Source of the DNA: a virus
Reading direction: 5' to 3' (one strand)
Length of the DNA stretch: 64,000 nt
IMG/VR virus record: IMGVR_UViG_3300035034_002799
Span: 21,207 to 85,206 of that record
Shown: one piece after another, positions 19,814 to 28,489 of the stretch
Position numbering within the stretch: position 1 is the first letter of the stretch
Layout: each line of letters starts with the position of its first letter
Notes under the pieces: model-generated
Databases searched by the model: none
What the model was told of the DNA's origin: nothing
Seen by the model: only the letters and a program-made list of their open reading frames with translations
Translations under genes and position numbers: made by a program

Positions 19814-20431
19814 ATGCAAAATTTTAAAGATATAACTTTACACATTTTTATTATATGTTCTCTTGGTTTTTCACTATTGTTCACCGCTTTTTTAATTATA
19901 GATGCGGAACCACATACAGAAGAAAAACAGGGTGCGGTTATGTATCGTCACGAACTTTACGAAAATGATAATTATAATCAACCTTCTGCTGTACCTTCTG
20001 TTAATGCTCCAGAGAATGAAGATAAAAACATTGAACCAGAAATCCATGAAGGTTATTGGTTATGGGCGCAGGTTACTGCTTATTGTCCTTGTAAGATTTG
20101 TTGTGGAAAAACACCAGACGATCCTGCTTATGGTATAACTAGCAGACAAGTGAATGTACTTTCAGGTGATCCTAACGATGCTTACGGTATTGCCGCTGAT
20201 CCTAGAGCAATACCATATGGGACTTTTGTTTATATTCCAGGTTATTGGGAGAGTATTCAGAACAATAAGACATTTGTACCTACTCAATTGCCATATGTTG
20301 ATGATACTGGTGGTGCGATGCGTCAAAGTTGGGAACAACGTGGTGTAATCCATTTAGATGTTCGTTATCGTACACACAAGGCAGCCCGTACTTGGGGCGT
20401 TAGGATGATGCAAGTTTTCGTATATGAATAA
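19814..20431 (+). CDS. Membrane-anchored 3D-domain (MltA-like) cell-wall protein
   Basis: N-terminal hydrophobic helix; VTAY, IAADP..IPYGT.VYIPGY, DTGGA, LDV. Confidence 0.85.
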   Translation: MQNFKDITLHIFIICSLGFSLLFTAFLIIDAEPHTEEKQGAVMYRHELYENDNYNQPSAVPSVNAPENEDKNIEPEIHEGYWLWAQVTAYCPCKICCGKTPDDPAYGITSRQVNVLSGDPNDAYGIAADPRAIPYGTFVYIPGYWESIQNNKTFVPTQLPYVDDTGGAMRQSWEQRGVIHLDVRYRTHKAARTWGVRMMQVFVYE

Positions 20432-20458
20432 AAATATAGTCCCTTGAGTGTTATACTG

Positions 20459-20466
20459 TATAAATA
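20459..20466 (+). promoter_or_regulatory. Late promoter TATAAATA
   Basis: Exact consensus upstream of 20498. Confidence 0.75.
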
Positions 20467-20497
20467 AAAACAGATAATGTTATCAAAGGAGATTAAT

Positions 20498-21133
20498 ATG
20501 AGCGGTATGTCAATTAACGACGACGAAAAACTTCGCAGCCTCAAAGAGTCTTGGACATCAATGGAAAGCCAAATGGCTGGTACTGAAGACAAAGACGGGC
20601 ATGTCACTGACCAAGGAAACGATGTAACCAAAACTGGTGATGAACAAAACACTGAAGCTAACTCAAGTGGTGATCAGCATGTTCAGTATAGCAAATCTGT
20701 CCGTAACGGTCCATCTTTTGATGTAAAAGAAGGCATGGGCGGCATGATGACTGCTGATGACATGGAAGATGATCCTGTTGACGATGATCTTAATGTAGAT
20801 ACTGATGTTGGTGGTGAAATGGGTGGTGAAATCGGCGATGATCTTGGTGATGATCTTGGTGATGATCTTGGTGATGAAATGGGCGATGCGTCTCCTTGGG
20901 ATACTATTGCTCGTGCTTTTGGTGACCTCCAAGCGGCTTTTGATCAACTTAAGGGTGATCAGGGTGACCTCGGTGGTGATGACCTCGGTGGTGATGACCT
21001 CGGTGATGACCTCGGTGGTGAAGATGACCTTGATGAAGTTATCAACCGTTATGACGTAACAGAGAGCAAGCAGAGAAACGCTAATGCTCGTATGGCAAGA
21101 ATCCGCGAAGCTCGCGCTCGTCGTCGTTCCTAA
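20498..21133 (+). CDS. Acidic late protein with GDDL repeats and Arg-rich tail (possible prohead core/internal protein)
   Basis: AAGGAG RBS; late promoter; LKES and VTES sites. Confidence 0.6.
   Translation: MSGMSINDDEKLRSLKESWTSMESQMAGTEDKDGHVTDQGNDVTKTGDEQNTEANSSGDQHVQYSKSVRNGPSFDVKEGMGGMMTADDMEDDPVDDDLNVDTDVGGEMGGEIGDDLGDDLGDDLGDEMGDASPWDTIARAFGDLQAAFDQLKGDQGDLGGDDLGGDDLGDDLGGEDDLDEVINRYDVTESKQRNANARMARIREARARRRS
20834..21030 (+). repeat. 12/15-bp coding repeats (GDDL, GGDDL)
   Basis: GGTGATGATCTT and GGTGGTGATGACCTC units. Confidence 0.9.
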
Positions 21134-21154
21134 TAATTATATTCTCCAATAAAC

Positions 21155-21187
21155 AAAAAAAGGGTGGACAAGTTCCACCCTTTTTTA
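21155..21187 (+). terminator. Rho-independent terminator
   Basis: AAAAAAGGGTGGA-caagt-TCCACCCTTTTTT. Confidence 0.85.
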
Positions 21188-21201
21188 TTGGGTTCCTTAA
21201 A

Positions 21202-21209
21202 TATAAATA
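21202..21209 (+). promoter_or_regulatory. Late promoter TATAAATA
   Basis: Exact consensus upstream of 21230. Confidence 0.75.
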
Positions 21210-21229
21210 AGGATATACGTGGAGTTAAT

Positions 21230-22678
21230 ATGAAAAAGAAATATCTTCCTCTTGTAAATGAATTAGATAACACTAAATTGTTTAGAAAATTAAAAGAAAT
21301 TAATAAAAACCTAAAAGAGGGTGTGTTCAATCCGCTCGAATCTGAAGGTATTACTATATCTGAAAAAGCAGATTCTGTGTCGTGTCGTTTCGGTATTAAC
21401 GAAAAGGATGAATTGTTTTTCGAATCTGAAAGATGTGACGAAGAAGAGAAAGAACAAGCAGTTTCTTTTATTAGGAATAATAAACTATTGGAAGTTGTAT
21501 TAAAAAACATGAAAAAAGACCACGGTCCTGTTCAATTTGAAGCAGAATTCTTTCCAACTTATAACCATGAATTTAATGAAGAAAACCGTACTGTTTTTAA
21601 CGCTGTTCCATATCATAAAGACCGTCTCGGTGAAGCTGGTGCTTTTGTTGTATATGACGCAAAGGTTTACGATGATGAACTAGGCAGATGGAACGAAATG
21701 CCAGATAATGTTCGATTTGGTAAAAAACACTTTGCAGAAATTAAAGATGCAGATTGTAAACATTGTCGTGTTTACACAAGTGAAGATTTGAAGGTTGATC
21801 AACCTATTGGTCTTTCAGTTAATCTCGAATCTCTCAGAGAGTATTTTGAAGATGATGAAATGTTTGAAAGAGGAATAAAGATTTTAAATAGTGGTTGGAA
21901 AACTCCTGAATTCTTAAGATTAAAAAATGAGTTAAATCAAATCAAAGAACAATTAAACAACGATTTTACAAATTTTGCAGAATCCTCTTCTTCTTACTTT
22001 GGAAGTGAATTCCCTGAAGGATATGTTATTAATGTTGGTAATGGTCCTGAAAGATTCTCTTCTAAAATAAACACTTCTCGTTTTAATGAAGCAAAAGATT
22101 TTAACTGGTCTGTAAGAACTTCAACTAGTAAGATTGTTAAGGAATGCTATAAGAAACTAAAAAGAGAAGTTCTCCAACTTGGATTTAGAAACAGTTCAAC
22201 TATTAATGAAATAATTAAAAAGAAAATGGGTAAAATTGAAGAAACTAACAACGACGAAACTTATATTGAAGCTATAGGTAATATTTTAGAATCTGTTGTT
22301 TCTCCAGATGCGACTTTTGATGGTATCAAAGAGAACGCTCAACGTATTATATACGAAGCTGAAAACTCTCTCGCTCAATTGGAAGCTCAGTTAGATGAAT
22401 ATGATTATAGTTCTGATGTTCGTCGTAAGACTGTTAGACGAATGGGAAAAGCAAAAGAAGTTATAAGTAAATTAAAAAATTCGTTTGTTAACAATCAACT
22501 AGAAGGATATGAATATCTTGTTAGTGGTTTTATGGAAGTATTTAATAATCAATTAAATATCCCAGAGAGACCAGTTAAAGAAAAAGCACCAGTGATAAAT
22601 ATAGTAAAAGAAAGTTATAAAGAAAATTGTCCTAAGATTTATAAAAGAATTTCCAATGCAATTTGGAGCAAGGAGTAA
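21230..22678 (+). CDS. Hypothetical late protein with ligase-like nucleotidyltransferase motifs
   Basis: EKADS, FEAEFF, FVVYD, EGYVI, SSKI occur in ligase motif order; helical C-terminal half. Confidence 0.5.
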   Translation: MKKKYLPLVNELDNTKLFRKLKEINKNLKEGVFNPLESEGITISEKADSVSCRFGINEKDELFFESERCDEEEKEQAVSFIRNNKLLEVVLKNMKKDHGPVQFEAEFFPTYNHEFNEENRTVFNAVPYHKDRLGEAGAFVVYDAKVYDDELGRWNEMPDNVRFGKKHFAEIKDADCKHCRVYTSEDLKVDQPIGLSVNLESLREYFEDDEMFERGIKILNSGWKTPEFLRLKNELNQIKEQLNNDFTNFAESSSSYFGSEFPEGYVINVGNGPERFSSKINTSRFNEAKDFNWSVRTSTSKIVKECYKKLKREVLQLGFRNSSTINEIIKKKMGKIEETNNDETYIEAIGNILESVVSPDATFDGIKENAQRIIYEAENSLAQLEAQLDEYDYSSDVRRKTVRRMGKAKEVISKLKNSFVNNQLEGYEYLVSGFMEVFNNQLNIPERPVKEKAPVINIVKESYKENCPKIYKRISNAIWSKE

Positions 22679-22679
22679 C

Positions 22680-22814
22680 ATGATAATTAAAAGATTTCTT
22701 AACGGAAGAGCCGTAAACAAACAGCGGGTTCATCGTCAACTCAATAAAGAACAGATTGACGAGAGACTTGATCAAAGAAAGAAAAAAGGCTGCGGGTGTG
22801 GTAGGAAAAAATAA
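22680..22814 (+). CDS. Small basic protein (44 aa) ending GCGCGRKK
   Basis: AAGGAG RBS; ATG 22680 to TAA 22814; absent from the ORF track. Confidence 0.6.
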   Translation: MIIKRFLNGRAVNKQRVHRQLNKEQIDERLDQRKKKGCGCGRKK

Positions 22815-22869
22815 TAAATAAAATTGGCAATGAACCTCAAATAGTTCATGATATAATAGGAACTCGTCA

Positions 22870-22917
22870 TTACAATAAGTGGTGGCGAGTTGCTTATTTA
22901 TATACCACATATAGTGT
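22870..22917 (+). promoter_or_regulatory. Tandem NrdR boxes upstream of the ribonucleotide reductase
   Basis: ATACCACATATAGTGT (22902-22917) and weaker TTACAATAAGTGGTGG (22870-22885), starts 32 bp apart. Confidence 0.65.
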
Positions 22918-23012
22918 GATTTTACTTTTTATAGGAAAGAAAAAAGTATAATGAAATGTCACATGGCGGTAATAAATATCATGCACGAACCAATATTAGG
23001 AGGTATCAGAGA

Positions 23013-26000
23013 ATGTCAATAAAGGCACTAGCAGACTACACGCAATACAGTAAATACGCGAGATTTCAAAAAGAAAAAAAGAGAAGAGAAACGTGGAACG
23101 AACAAGTTGAGCGAGTGTTCAATATGCATGAAAAGAAGTTTGGTAGCAAGCTTGATGATATTAGAGAAGAATTTGAATGGGCAAAAGAACAAGTTAAAAA
23201 GAAAAGAATTTTAGGCTCACAGAGAGCACTTCAATTTGGTGGCGATCCTATTCTATCTAAGCCAGCCAAGATGTATAACTGTTTTAGAAAAAATACCACA
23301 TTCATTACAAGTGATGGTGTAAAGTCATTTGAAGATTATGAAAATGGAGATTCTGTTAACGTTTTGACTCATACAGGAAGTTGGAAACCTGCAATAGTTA
23401 AGAGTTATGGGGAACAGGTAGTATACCCAATTAGTTTCAATAAAGGAAAAAGTAAAGATTTTACTGTATGGGCTACTGGTGATCATACTTGGATTCTAAA
23501 GGACGGATCAAAAACTACTGATCTTACCGAAGGTAATCAACTTATTAGCCAGCCAAATATTTTCAATGACTGGTCCTACGAAGAAGCAACTCCAGAGGAG
23601 AGACTTTATTGGGCTTATGGTTTAGTATATGGTGATGGTACTTGTATCCAAGATAAAAATGGAATTAATAAATATTCTATGATTAGACTTTGCGGGTCTG
23701 ATAAAAAATACGCACCCCGTTTTGAGGAATTAGGATTTAAGACATCAACAAACCATTCTCTAAATGGTGATTTTTATGCTTATACAGGGTCATACCTTAA
23801 ACAATTACCTAACCCAGAAATAGATTCTATTGAGTTGATTAGAGCATTTGTTCGTGGGTTTTTAGACGCTGATGGTGAGAAAAATAGTAGTTTCAATGGA
23901 ACAGGTAGTATGTTTGTTTCAATTCAGCAATCTAAAAAGGAAGCTCAAGAGTTTATCAGAAATGTTTTCCCTATAGTTGGTGCATATGTGTTGTCTGAAA
24001 CAGAAATTAACAGAGAAACTAATTTAGGAAAACACGATGCGGTATTATTTAGAATATCAACCTCTTGTGAGGGATCATCGCCAATCTGGAAGGTAAATAA
24101 TATTGATAAATCTTGGAATAAAAAAGAGATTGTTTGGTGTCTTGAAGTTGAAGATGATCATAGTTTTGTAATGCCTAATGGAGTGGTTACTGGTAACTGT
24201 ACCGTCTCGTATGTTGACCGCCCAAGGTTTTTTCAAGAATGTATGTACTTATTACTTTGTGGATGTGGTACTGGATTCTCTGTCCAAAAACACCATATCG
24301 CAAAATTACCAAAAGTAGGTCCACGTAATAAAGGAACCAAAACTTTTATTATACCTGACACAATTGAAGGATGGGCAGACGCTATTGGTGTACTTATGAG
24401 TTCTTATTTTATTAATGATGATGATAAAGGTTATTTTGCATATGATTATGGAACTGAGCTTGATAATTTTTCTGGTTACGAAGTAGAGTTTGATTTTTCA
24501 CAAATCCGCACGCGAGGAGCTTCTATTAGTTGGGGAGGTAAAGCACCAGGACCTGATGGGCTTAAAACCTCTATCAATAAAATTTCAACACTTCTTGATT
24601 TAGCAGTTCATGAAGGTAAAAAATCCCTTCGTCCTATCGAAGCATATGATATTATCATGCATTCATCAGATGCTGTTCTTTCTGGTGGTATTCGCCGCTC
24701 CGCTACCATTTGTTTGTTCTCGCCAGATGACGAAGAAATGATTGACGCGAAAACAGGTGACTGGTTTATTAAGAACCCACAAAGAGGACGTTCAAACAAT
24801 TCAGTACTTCTTATCCGTAATGAAACCACTGCTGCACAATTTTCTAATCTTATGAAAAGTGTTAAAGAGTTCGGCGAACCAGGTTTTGTTTGGTCTGATG
24901 ATACAGAACTTTTAGTAAATCCTTGCGTCGAAATAGGCATGAGAGCATACACAGAGGATGGTGAAAGTGGTTGGCAATTTTGCAATTTATGTGAAATTAA
25001 CGGAAAGAAATCATCTGATGAAACCGCATTCCTTGATCAGTGCCGCGCTGCTGCTATTTTAGGAACCCTACAAGCTGCTTATGACGAGTTTGGTTACCTC
25101 ACAGATGCAACTAGTAAGATCGTCAAGAAAGAGGCTTTATTGGGTGTTTCTATGACTGGTATGATGGATAACCCACATATTACTTTTGATCCAGAAATTC
25201 AAAAGAAGGGTGCAAAAATTATTCTAGATATTAATGAAAGAATTGCTGCTAAAATAGGAATAAACAAATGCGCTCGTGCCACATGCGTTAAACCCGCTGG
25301 TACAACTTCATGTATTTTAGGGTCTGCTTCGGGTGTACACCCACATCATGCCAAAAGATACCTGCGTAGAGTCCAAGCAAACAAACTTGAGTTTCCCGCT
25401 CAGCATTTTGAAAAAATAAACCCGCATGCCGTAGAGGAATCAGTATGGAGCAATAACGGCACTGATGTTGTTATTACTTTCTTGTGTGAAGTACCTGATG
25501 GTGCGAAAACTAAAAATCAAGTAAATGCTATTAGTCTTCTTGAACATGTCAAATCAACTCAGCAAAATTGGGTTGAAGCTGGTACTCGTTATGACTCATG
25601 TGTAGCTCCTTGGTTACGTCATAACGTAAGTAACACTATTAATGTTAAACCAGATGAATGGAAGGATGTTGAAAACTTTATTTACAAAAACCGTAAATGG
25701 TTTGCTGGTATTTCCCTCCTCTCCCATTCTGGAGATAAAGATTATCCACAGGCACCGTTTACTACTGTTTACACTCCCCAAGAAATGGTTAAGGAATATG
25801 GAGACGGCGCAATGATGGCATCAGGTCTTATTGTTGATGGCTTACATGCTTTTGATAACAATCTTTGGAAAGCATGTGATTGTGTTCTAGGAGTTGGTGA
25901 GAAAATTAAACTATTAGAAGCCCCAGAAGAACCAGTGTTACCTGCTAAAAATGGTTATACCATTAAAGAATGGAAAGAAAAACTTACTAAATACGGCGAA

Positions 26001-26318
26001 GAAATGGAAAGCTATCATTTTAATCTTGTCTCATGGATGAAGAGCCTTGATAAAGTCGAATGGGTTCGCCGTGTTAAGCAGTTTGCTGATCGTTACGTAG
26101 ATCATGACGTGCGCCGTTGTACTTATTTATTGAAAGACGTTCACAACTGGAAACTTTGGTGTGATCTAAAACGTGAGTATAGTGATATTGATTGGGTAGA
26201 TGTTGTAGAAGAAAGTTATGAACTTGATGTTTCTACTATCTCAGGAGAAGCTTGTGCAGGCGGCAAGTGTGATATAGGTGACTTGGGTAAAGCAATCGAA
26301 CAGGCTAATAAAAAATAG
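23013..26318 (+). CDS. nrdJ: Class II (B12-dependent) ribonucleotide reductase containing an intein
   Basis: RETW, YN/C, GCGTGFSV, GGIRRSA, NPCVEI, CNLCEIN, CVKPAGT, C-terminal CAGGKC; AGGAGG RBS. Confidence 0.88.
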   Translation: MSIKALADYTQYSKYARFQKEKKRRETWNEQVERVFNMHEKKFGSKLDDIREEFEWAKEQVKKKRILGSQRALQFGGDPILSKPAKMYNCFRKNTTFITSDGVKSFEDYENGDSVNVLTHTGSWKPAIVKSYGEQVVYPISFNKGKSKDFTVWATGDHTWILKDGSKTTDLTEGNQLISQPNIFNDWSYEEATPEERLYWAYGLVYGDGTCIQDKNGINKYSMIRLCGSDKKYAPRFEELGFKTSTNHSLNGDFYAYTGSYLKQLPNPEIDSIELIRAFVRGFLDADGEKNSSFNGTGSMFVSIQQSKKEAQEFIRNVFPIVGAYVLSETEINRETNLGKHDAVLFRISTSCEGSSPIWKVNNIDKSWNKKEIVWCLEVEDDHSFVMPNGVVTGNCTVSYVDRPRFFQECMYLLLCGCGTGFSVQKHHIAKLPKVGPRNKGTKTFIIPDTIEGWADAIGVLMSSYFINDDDKGYFAYDYGTELDNFSGYEVEFDFSQIRTRGASISWGGKAPGPDGLKTSINKISTLLDLAVHEGKKSLRPIEAYDIIMHSSDAVLSGGIRRSATICLFSPDDEEMIDAKTGDWFIKNPQRGRSNNSVLLIRNETTAAQFSNLMKSVKEFGEPGFVWSDDTELLVNPCVEIGMRAYTEDGESGWQFCNLCEINGKKSSDETAFLDQCRAAAILGTLQAAYDEFGYLTDATSKIVKKEALLGVSMTGMMDNPHITFDPEIQKKGAKIILDINERIAAKIGINKCARATCVKPAGTTSCILGSASGVHPHHAKRYLRRVQANKLEFPAQHFEKINPHAVEESVWSNNGTDVVITFLCEVPDGAKTKNQVNAISLLEHVKSTQQNWVEAGTRYDSCVAPWLRHNVSNTINVKPDEWKDVENFIYKNRKWFAGISLLSHSGDKDYPQAPFTTVYTPQEMVKEYGDGAMMASGLIVDGLHAFDNNLWKACDCVLGVGEKIKLLEAPEEPVLPAKNGYTIKEWKEKLTKYGEEMESYHFNLVSWMKSLDKVEWVRRVKQFADRYVDHDVRRCTYLLKDVHNWKLWCDLKREYSDIDWVDVVEESYELDVSTISGEACAGGKCDIGDLGKAIEQANKK
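23280..24197 (+). mobile_element. Intein (306 aa) with LAGLIDADG endonuclease in nrdJ
   Basis: CFRKNT start; ATGDH; GLVYGDG and GFLDADG; VWCLEV; ends TGN before Cys+1. Confidence 0.93.
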
Positions 26319-26486
26319 ATGAATAATATTAATAAAGCAGCAGAACCTCTCTCAAGAGAAACTCTTCTTAAGAGAGGTTCGTGTTGTAACTTGGGTTGTG
26401 TAAATTGTCCATGGGGGTTTAAAAAGGAAAATAAAGAAACAATTCGTTTTCCTCAATTTAGCGACAACGAATGTAGGACGAAATAA
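26319..26486 (+). CDS. Small Cys-rich protein (DUF5522-like)
   Basis: LLKRGSCCNLGCVNCPW; 55 aa; absent from the ORF track. Confidence 0.7.
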   Translation: MNNINKAAEPLSRETLLKRGSCCNLGCVNCPWGFKKENKETIRFPQFSDNECRTK

Positions 26487-26553
26487 GGTGATGGTTAGTC
26501 AAAATAAGATAAATTTGACGAGAAGTATGTTATAATCTTTAAAGGAGTATGTT

Positions 26554-26799
26554 ATGAAAATTAGTGATGTCCAGAATCTTATTGCTTTATCCCGTCAGGG
26601 TGTTAAGGTTCTTGCCGAAAATGTAGACGCTCAACAGGGAGCACAAGCTTTTGCCTCAATTGCTGCGGTTGAACAGTGGGTAAATACCATGATTGAACAA
26701 CATCAACAGAACCAGACAGCTAATGCTGATGAAAACGGTCAAGGAGTTGAAGTGGTTGAAGTTAAAGACGAAGAAGTATTTAATAAGTCTGAAAGTTAA
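26554..26799 (+). CDS. Hypothetical protein
   Basis: AAGGAG RBS; TGTTATAAT at 26528-26536. Confidence 0.75.
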   Translation: MKISDVQNLIALSRQGVKVLAENVDAQQGAQAFASIAAVEQWVNTMIEQHQQNQTANADENGQGVEVVEVKDEEVFNKSES

Positions 26800-26812
26800 T
26801 CGACCGAATGGT

Positions 26813-27565
26813 ATGAGAAAACTAGCTTATCTTGTAACTTTTGGTAAAACTTTCTTTTATCAGCTTGCTGAATTGTCAATAGAGAGTCTGTTAAAGACTG
26901 GTTTTGATGGTGATATAGTTGTTTTGTCTCAGCACCCTTATAAATTTAAGGGCGCAGAGACAATTCTATTAGATAGAGATTTTAAACACAAATACGAACC
27001 TCATATGTGTCGCGCACGGCTTCATGAGTATATTGACATGTCCAAATATGATGTTGTTCTTTATATTGATACTGATGTCATTGCTATTAGAGACACAACA
27101 CCTATACTCGAAGATACTATGAATAATAATTGTTTTTCTGTATTTACAGCACCAACTAGACTTCATAAACTTTGGCATTATGCAACCATGGATAAACCTC
27201 AACGAGATAAATTTATCAATAGTGAGACTCCATCAATTTGTAGTGGGGTTTATGCTCTTCCAGCTAATCAAGTAGAGGAAACTTTTAAACTTTGGCTAGA
27301 TATTTTTGAAAATAGAATATCCAACCCCGATTTGTTTGTATGTGATCAGAACGTATTATGCGAGGCAATATACACAGAACAATTGAAATCTAATCTTCTT
27401 CCCAACAAATGGTTATTTTATCCTAAGTATCATAAAGAAGAAAAGGGCACTGAGTTATTAATCCATCACTGTGCCCAAAGTCGATATGTTTTAAAATATA
27501 AATATCTTGAGGAACGTTTGGGAAAGGTAACAGATGATTATCAAAAAACCAGGACACAAAAATAA
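26813..27565 (+). CDS. GT8-like glycosyltransferase
   Basis: VLYIDTDV, SGV, CDQNVL, LIHH. Confidence 0.75.
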   Translation: MRKLAYLVTFGKTFFYQLAELSIESLLKTGFDGDIVVLSQHPYKFKGAETILLDRDFKHKYEPHMCRARLHEYIDMSKYDVVLYIDTDVIAIRDTTPILEDTMNNNCFSVFTAPTRLHKLWHYATMDKPQRDKFINSETPSICSGVYALPANQVEETFKLWLDIFENRISNPDLFVCDQNVLCEAIYTEQLKSNLLPNKWLFYPKYHKEEKGTELLIHHCAQSRYVLKYKYLEERLGKVTDDYQKTRTQK

Positions 27566-28403
27566 ATTAGAAACAGTTGTTCCAGTTAATCCTAAAAAAT
27601 CAACTGGAAAAGAGAAACCAATTCAGAAGTTTCCTTCTGTCGAGATTGGATGCTTTGCTTTCCGTTATCCTCGTCGTACATGGTGGCAGCTATCAAGTAT
27701 TGCTGGTCAAGTTGCGTCTAAGGGTATCCAAGTACCTGATATAAAATTTACTTTGAACCTACACGAATCTGACCCTGGTCGTGATATGTGGGAACTCCTT
27801 ATTGATACCTTTTCTCCATTAATTGATTTGAATGTGCGTTGGTGGGACACTGAGGATTTTTTCAGAAGAGCCACTACTAGAACAAGAGATATCAAAGAGG
27901 CAACTGGAGATTTTCTTTTATTTGTTGATTCGGACCAAGTTTGGCACCCAGAATTTTTCTCGACGCTTGCTCCTTTCATGAAGCAATATGATGAAGAAAA
28001 CGAAGGTCGTTGTATCGCTCACTGGCGATATACAATGTCAATCGAAGATGGGAATAACATTGTAGATACTGAGGAATATATTGATTCTCCAGTTAAAAAC
28101 TGGTTTGGTAAATTAAAGTCAGTACCCCATAAAGTCATTTCTGGTGCTAGGGGAGCGGGAGGTTTTCAATTAGTGAACACTCGATTACTTAGAGAAAGAG
28201 GAATAGACACATACGGTAACCCAAATAAAGACCGCCCAGCAAATGCTAAAGTACATTACAAAACCAAAACCGAAATGCATTTTAGAGCAAGAATTGGAGG
28301 GATTTATAGAAAACATTGTAATCTTTTCAAACCCTTCTATCATATCAACCACTTCCGAGCAGATGACCGCCTAGTGAAGATGGACGAAAATTACTTATTT
28401 TAG
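27534..28403 (+). CDS. GT2-like glycosyltransferase with K/P-rich N-terminus
   Basis: ATGDFLLFVDSDQ, GGFQL, YHINH. Confidence 0.72.
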   Translation: MIIKKPGHKNKLETVVPVNPKKSTGKEKPIQKFPSVEIGCFAFRYPRRTWWQLSSIAGQVASKGIQVPDIKFTLNLHESDPGRDMWELLIDTFSPLIDLNVRWWDTEDFFRRATTRTRDIKEATGDFLLFVDSDQVWHPEFFSTLAPFMKQYDEENEGRCIAHWRYTMSIEDGNNIVDTEEYIDSPVKNWFGKLKSVPHKVISGARGAGGFQLVNTRLLRERGIDTYGNPNKDRPANAKVHYKTKTEMHFRARIGGIYRKHCNLFKPFYHINHFRADDRLVKMDENYLF

Positions 28404-28406
28404 AAC

Positions 28407-28434
28407 TTGACTGTTAAATAAATTAGTGTATAAT
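28407..28434 (+). promoter_or_regulatory. Sigma70-type promoter TTGACT-N16-TATAAT
   Basis: Near-consensus hexamers, intergenic. Confidence 0.7.
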
Positions 28435-28489
28435 ACTAAAACAGAATGGCACCCATCCTGTTTTAGGATGATATTACAAAGGAGAACCC

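Noticed and set aside
20663-21059. Alternative-frame ORFs and a possible CRISPR-like repeat in the GDDL region
   Set aside because: In-frame coding repeats with no unique spacers
22815-23012. Cobalamin riboswitch upstream of nrdJ
   Set aside because: No B12-box or conserved core recognisable; NrdR boxes explain the region better
26515-26536. TTGACG...TATAAT as a -35/-10 pair
   Set aside because: Spacer is only 10 nt; treated as an extended -10 only
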